Shown piece after piece: positions 12,728 to 26,500 of a DNA stretch of 64,000 nt. The position numbers and the translations under genes are program-made. Positions within the stretch are counted from its first letter, which is position 1. Every line of letters starts with the position of its first letter. The notes beneath the pieces were generated by a model that worked only from the letters and a program-made list of their open reading frames with translations, was not told the DNA's origin and made no database searches. Source of the stretch: Callorhinchus milii (Eukaryota); contig NW_024704742.1 of assembly GCF_018977255.1 (NCBI RefSeq), positions 113,772,001 through 113,836,000 of the forward strand. The letters run 5' to 3'.

Positions 12728-15034
12728 CATGTATGACCACAAATCACACATCATTTATATACCACATATTGTTCAGTCTCCTGAGGTAATAGCTGCCAAT
12801 CATTTTTCACAGAAAGTACTTTTCTCCTTATTATATTCAAGTTAAAATAGGTTTTGCCGTAACTGGACATCACACATACTGATCACTTAATAGGCACATC
12901 GTGACCAATGAACATATTGAAGACAAGGAGTCAAAATTGTCACATTAAAACAATCTCTGTAATTATAAGCATAATAACGTCCACATTTTCATGTGTGTAA
13001 ATGATGCATAGCTGATTTCAATTTTTATTGTTCAGTTTTTATTTCAGATTTGATGATATTCTGTAACTTAATCTCATAGTCAAAATTCCTGCACTTTAAA
13101 CAGAAAACATGACAGACATGTTCCTAAAATCACTGAATCAGAATCAGGAGGAATTCAGCCCAACAAGCCTTAAATGATACTAGCTCATCCACTCCATATT
13201 CTAATCTAATTCCCTGCTCTTTACTGTAATCTTTACTTTGCAGCACAATCATTCTCCAATGGCAAATTTAGGATTATATGTACACACAGCTTTGTTGCTC
13301 ATGTGTTGAATTGGTTTATCCATTGGATAAATATTACATTGAGCAGGTCCCTGTGCACATCCTCTCTATAACTACACATTGTTGTGATTTTCACATAAAT
13401 CTTGAGAAAATGTAAATACTTTGAAGTTTCCACTTATTTATGGTAAACTGGTCCATATGGTGTTCAGTCTGTGTGGGCTAAGGAATGTAACAACAAAAGA
13501 TTGCACAGCTTAACTGTGACTTGTTTGAGTTCTCTTTCAGGGATCATATGATCATCACAGACCATTTCTCATGTCTCTGTCCTCTTTGCAATTTACACAA
13601 TCATTATGGTTGATGCTGTCTTAAACATACAGGCTGATATTTACAGTTTTTCTAAATCTAAGTCATGTTCATATGTTTTCTACATCTAAACTTTTCCTAT
13701 AATTCCTTCAATATTTTTTTCTTCCTCCTCTACCATCACAATATGTGTGCACCAGCCGCAACATCAAGTACTATTTACTGTTCTCACTACTCTACAATTT
13801 ATAATCATTTGCGCTCATAATCTTCATTTACACTTTTGTAAGATGTTCATCAAAGCTCATATTGTTCCAATAGTTCCTTATTAATGACTTTTATCAGAAC
13901 TTTAACCTTAAGTTCAAATGATCTTTTTCCATCTGTTTGCAGTAGGACCTGGCACCCTGTATAATAATATTATTATTATTAGAGGAGTAAGAATGCTTAT
14001 AACACAAATAGATTATCTGTGGCACTTTCTCTTAACATTCCAATGCTCTTCATGCACATCAACATTTTATGAAGCTTCATGAACTGATGGACACTGGCAC
14101 CGTGATCTCTGTTATCTATTGACTGATGACTTGCACCGTGTTATGTTCCCACTTAAGACAATAAAGTGAGCTTTTTTAAAAAAAAGGAAACCAGATAACA
14201 AAGGTTGAAAGTAAATGAGTAGAAAAATAGGTCAAAGGGAAAGAGACTGACCAGATAACATTAAATAAAACAAAATGAATCAATAAAAGAAACAAATTCA
14301 AGATTTAAAAATTGGGAAATAGTCCCTTCTTTATCATTGGTATTTTAGTTCACAAAAACATTTAGCAACAAATGCAATGTTTTAAAAGAAAAGAATCATT
14401 TTCTATATGAATTATTTGGTAAAAAAACAAATCATCATTTTGAAATAATTCAGTTCAAGCAATGATCTACAATGTAACAGTGAACAAAATATAAAATAAG
14501 CAAACATCAAGATGTTTTTAAATATGTACATTAAAATATTATTGCATTAACGTAGTGTTTCATTTTTGTAGATTGACTGGATGCATTGGAATATACAGAA
14601 GATGACAAATACTGGCATCCCAAAGTGATGCCACTGGCATACTGGCATCCCAAAGTGCAACAACAACTTGCATTTATATAGCACCCATCACGCAGGATAG
14701 TATCTCAGAGCACAGAAAGTAAACAAAAAATCAATAAATAATACTACACTCGCTTTTCTTCCAAACCCATAGAATCAATATTTTTGCTAAATAGCTATCT
14801 AATTCTTTCTTGATCAGAGTGTAAGGCTCATTACGCTCAATCCAATATGAAAACAACCATTTAATTGCCTACACATTCATACAAAAAACATCTGCTTTGA
14901 AACCCTTGAAATGTATGAATCATGTAGTCTGCGTTTCCTTTATATTCAACTTCATATCTCATTCCACAGTACATTTTGTACTCTCAACTAAAAACAAGGC
15001 TTATTTAGTTTTTAATGTGATTTTCGCAATCTTT

Positions 15035-15205
15035 AAAGGTCATCGACCTGAAACGTTAACTCACTTTCCTCTCTCCATTGATGCTGCCTGAACTGCTGAG
15101 TGTTCCCAGTGACTTCTGTTTTTATAATAATATTATATAATATAATTATTATTATAAAAAAATCTGGTTTTATCTCAGATTTCCAGTATCTGCAGTATTT
15201 TGCCT
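15035..15205 (+). mobile_element. Second copy of the short Penelope-type element
   Basis: aaaggtcatcgacctgaaacgttaactc...gatgctgcctgaactgctgagtgttcccag...cagatttccagtatctgcagtattttgc, with an AT-rich insert at ~15123-15167. Confidence 0.7.
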
Positions 15206-15449
15206 ATATGTAGAACTCCCCGTTACAAGATCCCAAAGCTATACATGATATAATAACTTTGCAAATAAGGAATACTGTCTATACCCCTTCATCTCAATTT
15301 ATGGCTGGAGAGCAATTTTATGACACTATCAAGGCCCAAAAATATCAATTATCAACTAGCAAACTGTAACCTTTTTATACAACTGCACAGTTCACAATAT
15401 CACAACTACAGTAATTAGTAAGATAAAACATAAAACCTTAAGGTGTAAC

Positions 15450-15705
15450 CTGACTCAGTTGAAACACTTGCCTCTGAATCAGTTCGCGACTTTGAACTCA
15501 TATTGTCATAAGTTGACACTCCAATACATTGTTGGAGTGCTGTTCTTTAAACCAAGACCCCATCTGCCTGTTCAGGTGGACCCCTTGGCACTATTCAAAA
15601 ACAGAAGGGAGTTTCTCTCAATGTCCTGGCCAACAATCCCCCATATAAAATTGGTCATTCATTTCATGGCTGTTTATAGGATATAGCTGTGTACAGATTG
15701 GCTGT
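15450..15705 (+). mobile_element. Older Deu-SINE, diverged
   Basis: ccccatctgcctgttcaggtgga...ggcactattcaaaa...gggagtttctctcaatgtcctggccaaca. Related fragments at ~965-1010(-), 36080-36200(-), 54930-55065(+), 57780-58070(-), 63357-63575(-), 63860-64000(+). Confidence 0.7.
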
Positions 15706-16823
15706 TAAATCATATTAATATTCTCTAGAAGTGTTTATTACAGAGAATAATGCTAACTTCCTATTCAATTTCTTTTGTGAACACAGTACCCTAAAGGATT
15801 CTGAAGTTAATGTGGTTGATAATTTGATGTGTTCAAAGGATTTAAGACCAATGAGTTGCTTGGGTCAGATGGTATATATATGCAGAAGGAAATCAGTGAA
15901 GCACTGACTATCATTATGGAAGAATTGATAAGCATTGATGAGCTTTCACAGAACTGGAATGGGTAAATGTAGCAATATTTTAAAAGGTAATTACATGCCA
16001 AAACGTAATACTGTACAATGAAACCTTTAGAAGAGGATTGGCAATAACAAGAAACAGGAGGCATAGATTTAGAAAAGGAAATTCTTGCTTTTGACTACAT
16101 TGATGCTGATGATCAATTAGATAGCAACACTCTGATATAGTTAGGTTTTGTTTGAAAATCATTCTGTTCAAGAATCTCCAAATGATTATTGCAAAACAAA
16201 TGATCAAGGAGTTTCCTTCAAAACATGCAGAATACAAATATATATATTTTTCACCTATTTTAATTCTGAAATTACAGAGATCAAAATGATTTAAATATTT
16301 TTTATTTTACTGTATAACTGTATAATGAACTATGCATTTCCTAATACATTTCCTAATCATTTTATATTCTGAAGTAATATTTTGACCATGGCATATTAAA
16401 CGTTAGACTTTTAAACAAAAATTCTAAAAGAGGGCTTGCACTGAATCTTACCAAAAAGGATATGAACTCCTGAACTGAAACAATATGACGAGAAACATAC
16501 TCGCTCAGTATAGAAGATGCAGTACATCTTTTGAAAGCTATAACTCCATCTGCAATTAATGTGTATTCCAGAGACTGAAATGCCCTCTTTTCCTCTGCTG
16601 ATGTCAACCAGATTTATGGATTCACAATGTACATCTTTGAATGATTTATTTAATTATATTCCTCAGAGAGTTTATTCTGAGAAGCTGAGCCATACAGAGC
16701 AGAAAGTACTTCGGATCCCAGTCTGTGCTGTTAGCTGTTCTAAATCAGAGTATCAAATTGGCCTCAGTACTCCAGAACTGGGAGAGGAAAATAAAATAAT
16801 CGATCTAGATCTGTATCTACTGT

Positions 16824-17139
16824 ATAATAATAATAATCCTTGCATTTGATATAGCACTTTTCATGTCTTCTAGACATCTCAAAGCACTTCCCAGAATATA
16901 ATGTAAAGTGAATTGACTGTATATTTGTGGGCGAAACGCGGCAGCCAACTGTGCACAGCAGTGTCCCACAAACAGTCATGGATTCAAGTGACCAAATTAT
17001 TATTACTTTTTTTTCTTGAGGGATTATTATCAGGCAAGTGGAGTAAGGAAACTTGCCCAAGGTTTTGCTCTGCTGGGAATTGAACCCAGGTCTCTCGCTT
17101 GCCAGGCGAGTGGTCTAACACTGAGCTGCAGGACTCCAC
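16824..17139 (-). mobile_element. SINE, full length, apparently interrupting an older repeat
   Basis: Complete head, core and tail; tail stem-loop of the tctagaagac type. Confidence 0.9.
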
Positions 17140-18653
17140 TGACTCCATCTACTGAGCCGACTGGAGGTGCATGAATGCGGTCACTGGGTGAGGACAGAAT
17201 TAGTCTTACTGCCGATAGTCTCATTGCTGATAGCCTGCCAACAGTCAAATAACCACTGGAAAAAGAAATCAAATGAGCTATAAGATATATGATCCATACA
17301 TCTACAACAACAACAAAATTACATTTATAGAACACCTTTCACGTTGAGAGGACATCCCATCTATCTGGCCATATGCCAATGTTCTTCAGACTGGAGTCAC
17401 CTAACCTGTTTCTGCAAGAGCTCCAAACTTTTCTTGTAATTACACAACAAACACACTTTCTGTATAACAATAAAGCCCTGTTCTAGGAAAGAGTCTAGGC
17501 ACTGATCCTGGGCAATACAAGACTTATATATCCCTTCACATTGGCACATTCCATGCCCTGCAGAACTTGAAGTCCAATAGACTAGTCCAACAATGCCTGC
17601 CCTCAACCCTACTACAAAAAAGTTGTGCTTATCCTTGGATATGAAAAAAACTCCAAACTGCAACTACATGTGGCACCCACTGAGCAGAGCACCCTTTCAA
17701 CCAGTTACTGTGAATCAAGGGATTATGGAAATATTCATAAAAATAATCCTTGATATAGCACCTTATCACGTCGTCGAGATGTTTCAAAGCGCTTCACAAA
17801 GGGATCGACTGTCTATTTTGTGGGTGAACATGGGAATGTAAAATGAGCTTGCGGTCCATCTAGCCAATCTTAAAAAGTTTTTCTGAAAACCCAAATTGTC
17901 TTTTTCAATAAATTCATACTCACTGGCAATGAATTAGGAGAATTGGTTTTTAAAACATCTGATTCTCATTCCAACCCTACTGCTAAAGGCTGGTCAACTT
18001 GCCAGAGACATTTCCTAAATTGCTTTGAAACTATGCAAAGATATGCTAACCATATTTCTAACCAAAATATGGTGATTCACAGATCATTGTGGTAAAGCCA
18101 AGAGCCAACAGCCTGGGAGTAATAAGAGTAACTTATCCCAGGACCCACATAACTACCCGGTACTGTTCCCCAAGATCATCCACATCCATTTTGTTATCAT
18201 TTGTTATCACTCAGCATCATATACAGTTCATCCTGAATGCAATCTATCCACAAGAAATTGGAATACAACAACTGTATCCTGGGAAGGAGATTTTTACGTT
18301 TAAATTAAGAGATAGCGATTATATTAAGGATATTTTCATTTTGAACAAAAATAACTTGATAGTGTAGCCACTTGTCAATCACATTGACATTTTTGCTGGT
18401 TTTGCTCTGGGCTAAAAATCCATCACCAGGCTTGCAATTCATAAATTAGCAGCGTTCAAAAATGGTGTAATTACAATTCAAACATGTAATTTCATAAAGC
18501 ATTTATCATCACAGTCATTGCAGACCTCCAATGTATTCCAAGAATAAAAAGGAAAGTTGAAAAAGACATTCCTTTTCACCTGTATGAGCTGTACTTAGGT
18601 AGTTTTTAACTCTTGTATCACAAACAAATACTGTATTATCCTAGAACTGTAGG

Positions 18654-18975
18654 ATAATAATAATAATAATAATCCTTGCATTTGATATAACGCTTTTCAC
18701 GTCAGGAGGACGTCCCAAAGCGCTTCACAGAATACACTGTAAAGTGAATTGACTGTATATTTGTGGGCGAACGCGGCAGCCAATTGCACACAGCAATGTC
18801 CCACAAACAGTCGTAGATTGAAAATGACCAATTTATTATTGTTTTGTTTTTTGAAGGGATTATTATTAGGCGTGTGGAGTAAGGAAACTTGCCCAAGGTT
18901 TCGCCCTGCCTGGAATTGAACTCAGGTCTCTCGCTTGCAAAGCGAGTGCTCTAACCACTGAGCTACAGGACTCCA
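18654..18975 (-). mobile_element. Young SINE, full length
   Basis: Nearly identical to 1407-1727. Confidence 0.92.
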
Positions 18976-19344
18976 CAAAGGATGAAAGTTCTGCTTGATC
19001 CTTGGCCAAGACAATCTTCCACTAGAGAACAATGCCCACTTGAAGTCCCTTAGCTGACCTCCACTGATGCTGAGCCTCACTCTCCATGAGCTCCAACTGA
19101 TCCTTCAGTCAACATCTTTAAATCTCTTATTCCACTGTCAGGAGTCCACTACTATATTTGTCCAGTGCCTTGAGACATCCTTGAGACAATAAAATTCTTT
19201 CTTGCAGTGTTCTGTTAGAAATGCTCGCAAGAGAAGTTGCTGACTTCATGCGTGCTTTTTGGTGTGTCCAGTACAGTTTGGTGATGTTTGGTGACCAGCA
19301 GTTACTCTATCCTACAACCCATTAAACGTGGGGTCAGATTTTCT

Positions 19345-19530
19345 TGAACATATTCAAGTCTGAGATAGATAGATTTCTTATTGCAAAAGGGATTAAGGGA
19401 TATGGGGATAAGGCAGGATCAGGTTATTAGCTGGAGTTAGATTAGAAGATCAGCCATGATTGAATGGCGGGGCAGGCTCGAAGGGCCGAATGCCCTACTC
19501 CTGCTCCTACATGCTATGTTATGTTATTTT
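19345..19530 (+). mobile_element. CR1 3' end abutting the L2
   Basis: gagatagatagatttctt...gatcagccatgattgaatggcggggcaggctcgaagggccgaatgccctactcctgctcct...(atgtt)n. Confidence 0.85.
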
Positions 19531-19539
19531 ATATTCTTG

Positions 19540-21830
19540 GGCTCACGGAAACCTGGCTATCCCGATAACCCATCCCGTCCGCCTGGTTACACTTCTTACC
19601 ATACACCCCACCCCAACCAACGTGGCGGTGAGGTAGCCCTCATCTCCAAAACCTCCCTTGGTCTATCCCCTATTCCTCTGGCTGGTTCCCCTTTTTTGAG
19701 CACCTCACCCTAACATCCCTCCGCACATCCCTTCAAAATTCTCCTGTTTTAACACCTCACAAACTCCTGGCTCCTTTCTTGCGGATATCTCCCCTTTCCT
19801 CTCATCCCTGTCCCTCTGCACAAAGCGCCTGCTCATAATGAGCGATTTCAACCATGATCTCAATTCCCCCTGCCCCACCTCTTCTGACTTTGCCACCTTC
19901 CTCTCCACTCTAAACCTCACCCTCCATGTAAACTCCCCGACTCACAACTGTAGCCACCCCCTCGACCTTGTCATCACTTACATTTCTGATCTGACCACCA
20001 CAGACAAGGCCATCTCAGACTACTTCCTCAGCTGCTGCCTCATTCACATCACTCTCCCCTCCTTCAAGCCCTCCACGATCCTTTTCCGCACATAGAAAAA
20101 GCCCCGCCCCCACCGCTCCCCCCCAATCTCTCACAAATGAACTAATTCTCAGACCTTCTCTCCCTCTGGCCTTCCACCTGCAGTGATCCAGACGCAGCCG
20201 TCAAGCTGCTAAATAATCACCTCTCCTCAATTTTTAATTTCCTTGTGCTTCTGAAAACCAGATCCGTCTCCAAGCCTACCCGCTCCCCCTGTAAAACAGA
20301 CATCTCCGCTCTCTCAAATCCCAAACCCAGTTACTTGAGCGCATATGGCACAAAACCCACCTCACGGTTCACCGCCAACTGTGGCTTGAGCATCTTCATA
20401 CCTACTCCCACTACTCCCTCCCTCCCAAAACTGCCTTCTATTCACAGGTCATCTCGAGGCCAAGAAACAATCCGCAAATCCTGTATTCCACTACCCACCA
20501 CCTCCTTTGCAGCACCTCTCAAGCACGTTGATCATCACTTCTGATGCAAAGTGCAAAGAGGTTCTGGATGTCTTTATCTCTAAGATAGACAACATCTGCC
20601 TGGCTGCCTCCTCTCCCAATGTCGTCCACCACCACCCCCATGCCTCCTTCATCACCCACTTCTCCTATCCCGGCCCCCCCACCCTACACTCCAAATCTAC
20701 TTCTCCTTCTCCAACTGCGACTCCCAATCTCCTAATGTCCTATCGCCCCTATGTCCTAAATAACAATCCTCCAAGAATATATCTCGGCAAACGTTTTTTC
20801 TTCCGACCCCCACCCGGTCACCTACAGGTACCACAAGGCTCCATCCTTGGCCCCCGTCTTTTCCTTATCTACATGCTCCATCCAGCAATGTCATCTGATG
20901 ACATGGGGTCAATTTCTACATGTATGCGGATCACACCCAAATCTACTTCTCCTTCTCCAGCTGCGACTCCCAATCTGCTAATGTCCTATCAGCTTGTTTG
21001 ATGGACATCAAGGCCTGGGTGAGCGCAAATTTTCTGCAGCTGAATGTTGGTAAGACGGAAGCCATACTCTTTAGCTCCCACCAAAGCCTTGTGGGTCTGA
21101 ATTCCTCAACCTTCCCCGAGCTCAGACTCACCGAACCCTTGAGCAACTTTGGGGTCAGGTTCGATTCACAGCTTACCTCTCTACCCCACATCCCTTCCCT
21201 GACCAGGATTGCTTTTTTCCACCTTTGTCACATTGCCAGCTTCCGTCCTTACCTCACAACCAAACAGCCAAAACCTTCATCCACGCCTTTGTCACTTCCT
21301 GGCTGGACTATTCCAATACCCTCCTAGCTGGTCTCCCCAGCTCCATCATACACAAAATTCAATTAATTCAAAACACCGCAGCCCAAATACTCACCCTCAC
21401 AAATGTCTGTACCCCCATTAAACCTTGCCAGGCTCCACTGACTCCCAATTACCGAACGGATCAAGTTCAAGATCCTCTTACTCATTTTCAAATCCTTTCT
21501 TGCCCTCGCATCTCCCTACCTATCCACCCGCTGCCTCCACTCAGCCAGCTTTGGTTTCCTGTTTGTCACTCATCCCCTCTGCTCCACCATCGGTGGCCGT
21601 GCCTTCAGCCACTATGCCCGAACTCTGGAACTCTCTCCCTCAATCCGTCCACCTTGCCCCTCCCTCCCCACCTTCAAATCCCGCCTAAAAACCTTCCTTT
21701 TTGATCATGCTTACAGTCACCTCTCCACTTCCTCTCCCCCTAAAGCGGGGTCAGACTCTGTCACTGTCCAGTGCTCCTGGACTTTACCCCATGTGAAGCG
21801 CGCTAGAAAAATGCAAATTGCTGTTGTTAT
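19540..21830 (+). mobile_element. L2 LINE, 5'-truncated, internally deleted and frameshifted
   Basis: APE endonuclease motifs (RGGEVALI, DFNH, PTHNCSHPLDLVIT); RT motifs VPQGSILGPRLFLIYM, YADHTQIY, NFLQLNVGKTE; C-terminal HAFVTSWLDYSN, LWNSLP; tail gtgaagcgcgctagaaaaatgcaaattgctgttgtt. Confidence 0.92.
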
Positions 21831-23417
21831 AGATCCCATCTATCAATATAAATGATTTTGACTGTACGAGGCAACGTCATATATGTTTTCTGTTTTTTTT
21901 AAAAACTTAAGCACTGATACCTGTAGAAGGATATATTTATTGAAATGTATAAAAAATGGTGTGCTAAGAATGACTACATTTTCTAAATTCATTGTTAATA
22001 CTAGGAATGGGTTACAATTTAACTTTTTGGGCTTTTAATTAGGTAGGTGGCTGCCTTGTGGAACAGGCTGATAAAATAATGAGAGGTTTATGAGACTTAT
22101 GAAGATATGAGTAAAGTTATGAACTGTAGCAATTGAAATAATAACAATATTTAGTGAAAGAGTTAAATACAATACAAAATTACATTTGTATAGTGCCTTT
22201 CATGTTGGGAGGATGTACAAATTGTGCAAAAACAGACTCCTCAGACTTATTTATGCAATATGTTTAAGATTTAAAACAGAACTGTCATTGTTGGATTTAG
22301 AATCGCACCACATACGCACCAAAACAAGTCAATACAGAAACATTCTTTTTGATCTCCAGTTTTGTTTATCATTGCATACTTATTGTGTAGATAAATTAAA
22401 ACTTATTGAAAAAGTAGTTTATTTTCACCTGCTTAAGACACTTTCATTGAACACTTTTAAAGATAACACAAAGGAGCATATCACATGCCCCATTAATTTT
22501 CTTATAAAAACTTGGCACAACAAGAAAGAGAGAACAGTGTGATCCCATCAAAACCAGAGTGTTGGTCAAATTGGGACTGTGGTTTCTCTGACCAACTCGC
22601 TGGGAAGCAGACAGCTTTATTTAAAGTGGGGAAAACCAGTTTTATGAGTACTTAGTTCTGGAGCCCTCTAATTTCTGTGGGAAATCAAGGGTAATGTTGA
22701 AAAGCCAAGATAAAAAANCATTCGCTCTGAAGACCATTGGTCAAAACAATTTCATGCCAGCTGTATAAGTAAAGGCAAAGGTCCACACCACCTTGGGGAG
22801 ATTTAGGAGGCAAGTTGCTGGACCACAGTTGAATGAAATAACACAGCAACAAGCAGTCTGTAGATACAGCTGTAAAGGTAGTACAAACAATAAAATACCA
22901 ATAATGATTTTAACACAGTTGGATAACAGAGAAATGAAATAAGTGAAATAAACCTTTGTGAGGTAAAGGGAAACCTGATGTCTCAGAACAATTAACAATA
23001 ATCTTTGTATTTGATATAGCACCTCTTTACGCCACAACTTGCAAAGTACATCACAAGAGTTCTTTGATGAAGTGACTATAGCTAGATATTTGACACTGAA
23101 CAAATATAAAAACAATTTCTTCTAAAATTCAGACTACAGACTGTGAAGATTTTTTAATGTGTAGAATTCCACAGAGGGAAATAATTATTTTTTTATATCT
23201 GGACTATAATATAAGTTTTCACTGTAATTTTTTTAGCACAATTGAGTTCCATGTCCCCATTTGGGATTTAATTTTCTGATCTAAATTCTAGCAGAGTAGC
23301 ATGGTATATAACTTCACAGAAAAAAANCACTTCTGAATTTGGTAATAAAAAAGCTATTTACTTAAACAATCAATTGGTTGCCTCTGTGTGTTCTAACAAA
23401 AGTAAGATTTAGCCAAA

Positions 23418-23572
23418 AAGAGTTTTGATAGTAAGAGTTCTGACGAAAGGTCATTGACTTTAAATATTAATTCACTTTTCTCTCTCCATAGATGCTTCCT
23501 GACCTGCTGCATGTTCCCAGCGACTTCTGTGTTTATACCAGATTTTCAGCATCTGCAGTACTTTACCTTTTG
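23418..23572 (+). mobile_element. Short Penelope-type element with a 10-bp target-site duplication
   Basis: gagttctgacgaaaggtcattgacttt...ctctctccatagatgcttcctgacctgctg...cagattttcagcatctgcagta; flanked by tttagccaaa at 23408-23417 and 23573-23582. The Penelope assignment is from recall. Confidence 0.7.
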
Positions 23573-26500
23573 TTTAGCCAAATGCTGAATGTGGAATGTT
23601 TTCACCACATGATGAGGATCCAAAGTGAATCCATACACTAGTTTGCAAATATAAAGGCATAATCTTAAATAAGGTGCTGATTTTTTAATCAAACGTAAGC
23701 AAAATAATATGTGTAAATGTTATAGCATATTGCTTACAAAGAATGCATTATAATATAGACAGTTAGATGAGATAGCACTATGGGAGATTAAACAAAGTAT
23801 TACAAGTTTTCTTTCCAGCATGGTGTCAGTTGTTTTTGCGCCATATTTGTACAATACATAAAGCATAGCTATTACCCAGGAATGAATTGCGGGCATGTAT
23901 GCAGTTTCAAGTAGGCAGTCAAGTATGTGCACAACAGCAAAACCACATCTATAAATGAAGCCTGCCGTTTTCATTAATTTTCTGGAATACATATTGGCTG
24001 GAGTCAAATCTTGTTGAGGTATATGCATCAGAGAAGAAAATTTATAAAGAACAGCTAATATGTGATAATTGAATTCAAACATCACAGGTGCAAAGTTACA
24101 AATTTGAAATCTAAGAATATGCGGTTTACATATATACATATACTTAGCATACAGAAAATACCAAATAAACCCATGCATAATTGCGGGATAAAACATACAT
24201 TATTCTACGTTTTGCCTGGATTTTGTGTTTATTCTAAGGATTGGCATCATTCTGCTAGATATTTCATATTAATAAACAGAGTTAATAAGCATTTGTTCAC
24301 TGCAGGCAGTGTATACCAAGTAACTAAAGTATTGAATTAGTGAATTGAGGCTACCTTTCCAAAACGAAATGAAGATCCAAATCAAATTAAGTTTGGCTTG
24401 TTCATTAAAACAGGACAAATTGTTGCAAACTATGAGACACTTCAATCCTAACCGGTCAGAAATAACCCAATAATTATGATTTAATCCAGTTCAATGGATT
24501 CTCAGAAAATGAACTGAATACTGCCCTGCAGTAATTCAAGAAATATCTAGCAGAATGATGCCAACTTCTACTTCCTTTAAAGAACTGATCAAGTTTTCTT
24601 CAATACTTTTGAAAAGCTACCAATTAAAATCGAGCAGTTATTCAGTATTGGTAAAAGGATTTATCAACTGTCTTCCAATAATTGTTGGATGGGTTGTCTA
24701 CCATGTCTAACAATGATTTTTTTAGAAAATATTTATTTAGGTCAATGTAATCTTAGAAATTAAAGAACACCAAAGTTATTTGTTAGCTCAAAGTCTAGAA
24801 AAAACAGCAGATGAAATGATGGCAGGCACAATTCGTGGCAGGGATAATAGACTTCAGTCTATAAAACAGGTTGCAACTGGAAGTGAGCCTGTGGCCTACA
24901 ATCTACAGTAAAATACAATATAGTCTCCAAACAGGTAAGCATTGTGAGGACGTAGAATACACTGTTACACAAGGTTATAGATGAACAATTCATTGTGGTG
25001 TTCAAGAGAGAAATACATAGATACTTGCAAAGTAAGCATATTAAAGGCTGAAGAAGAATATGGTATCAAGATCTGTGAATAGTCAGGGAAAGGGGATTAG
25101 GAAGAGCTGCTACAATTGATAAAATAGGGGGAGGATCAATAAGTTGAATGATCTACCTTTTCTCTGTGCAAAACTCACGGTCCAGGATCACACATATAGA
25201 ATGAACATTGTATGAGGTACCACGGGATTATTGGTGCCCATGAAAGCACAACCAGTAATTCAATACCATTAGTAGAAAAGAATCGAGAAGAAAACTGGCA
25301 AACAAAAATTGGTAACCAGTTATCTTACAAATAAATTGAAGAGAAGGATTATAATTGTCCGATGATAGAAAAGTAATCACTTCCAAGTAATTCTACTCAT
25401 CTCCTCCTGGGAAACTAGACAGAAGGAAGATTAAGGTAGAGTTTCAACACTACAATCTAAAAGCAGCTGGAGTAAACCTATTCAAAGCACATTATCCAGC
25501 TTCACACAAAGCAGTGCCACTTGTAACTCTGTGAACTAAGAAAAAGATGTCTTTAGAAATTATAGTTTTGGTGATTGGGAGTAAAGCACAAAATCATAAG
25601 AACTGTCCTTGCTTTCAGATTTAAACTTCACTAGTTGTTGTCGATAAGGGAAGTGTCCCAAAATGTCTGTGTTGCCCAATCTGAAGACATCAGCTATATG
25701 CATCCTGTTTATGAATCCCAACAGGAGTTCATGTCACAGGTGGTGACGGAGTTAGCCTCTCAATGTGAGGAAGGACTTTCTGACAAGAGATTATCATCTA
25801 TCTTCTGCAGAAGATTTGATTAGTGTGTCAGATACTATAAAAATAATTTGATTAAAAATTACATTTGTATAGCACCTTTCACGTCGGGAGGATGTCCCAA
25901 GACACTGGACAATCAGTGCTTCAGACCCGAGCTGAGGATTAGTAATTGTAGCACAATGCGGGTGCTTCCAATGTTTCAATTGCAATGTTTCTGTTACAGT
26001 GTTCCTTTATTTTCCTTCACAGTTATTTCAGTGGATTTCTGTTTCTGTTCAGTCTGGAGGCACACCTATTCAATGTCAGTTCTGCAAATTATCACAAAAT
26101 ACAGAGAAACGTGACAATGTAGAGTAAAAAAATTGATATGCAGATGGAGCATTGAAAAGGTGCAGTTCAGTTCAACTACCAGCTTGAACATGAATGAAAA
26201 TCTTTTGAAATAACTGTGGGAAAAAAGGGACAAAAGAAGGCGATGAATATAATTCGTAATGTAATGGAAACATTGCAATGAAACATGGGAAACTATTCAT
26301 CAGTGTTTATATTCAGCTACTGCCAACAGATCGTTACACCACTTATAGCATTGTAATTATTCTTATATGATTTCATGAGCAACCAATCAAAAGCACATAG
26401 ATCACATAGATCAGAACAAAGTAAGCATAATACATTAGTAACTTTACATCATGAAATACAGTACAGGCTCAATATACTTACAGAATAATAAATTCAAAGT

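Noticed and set aside
22718..23327. Single N bases after A-runs
   Set aside because: Assembly ambiguity at homopolymers.
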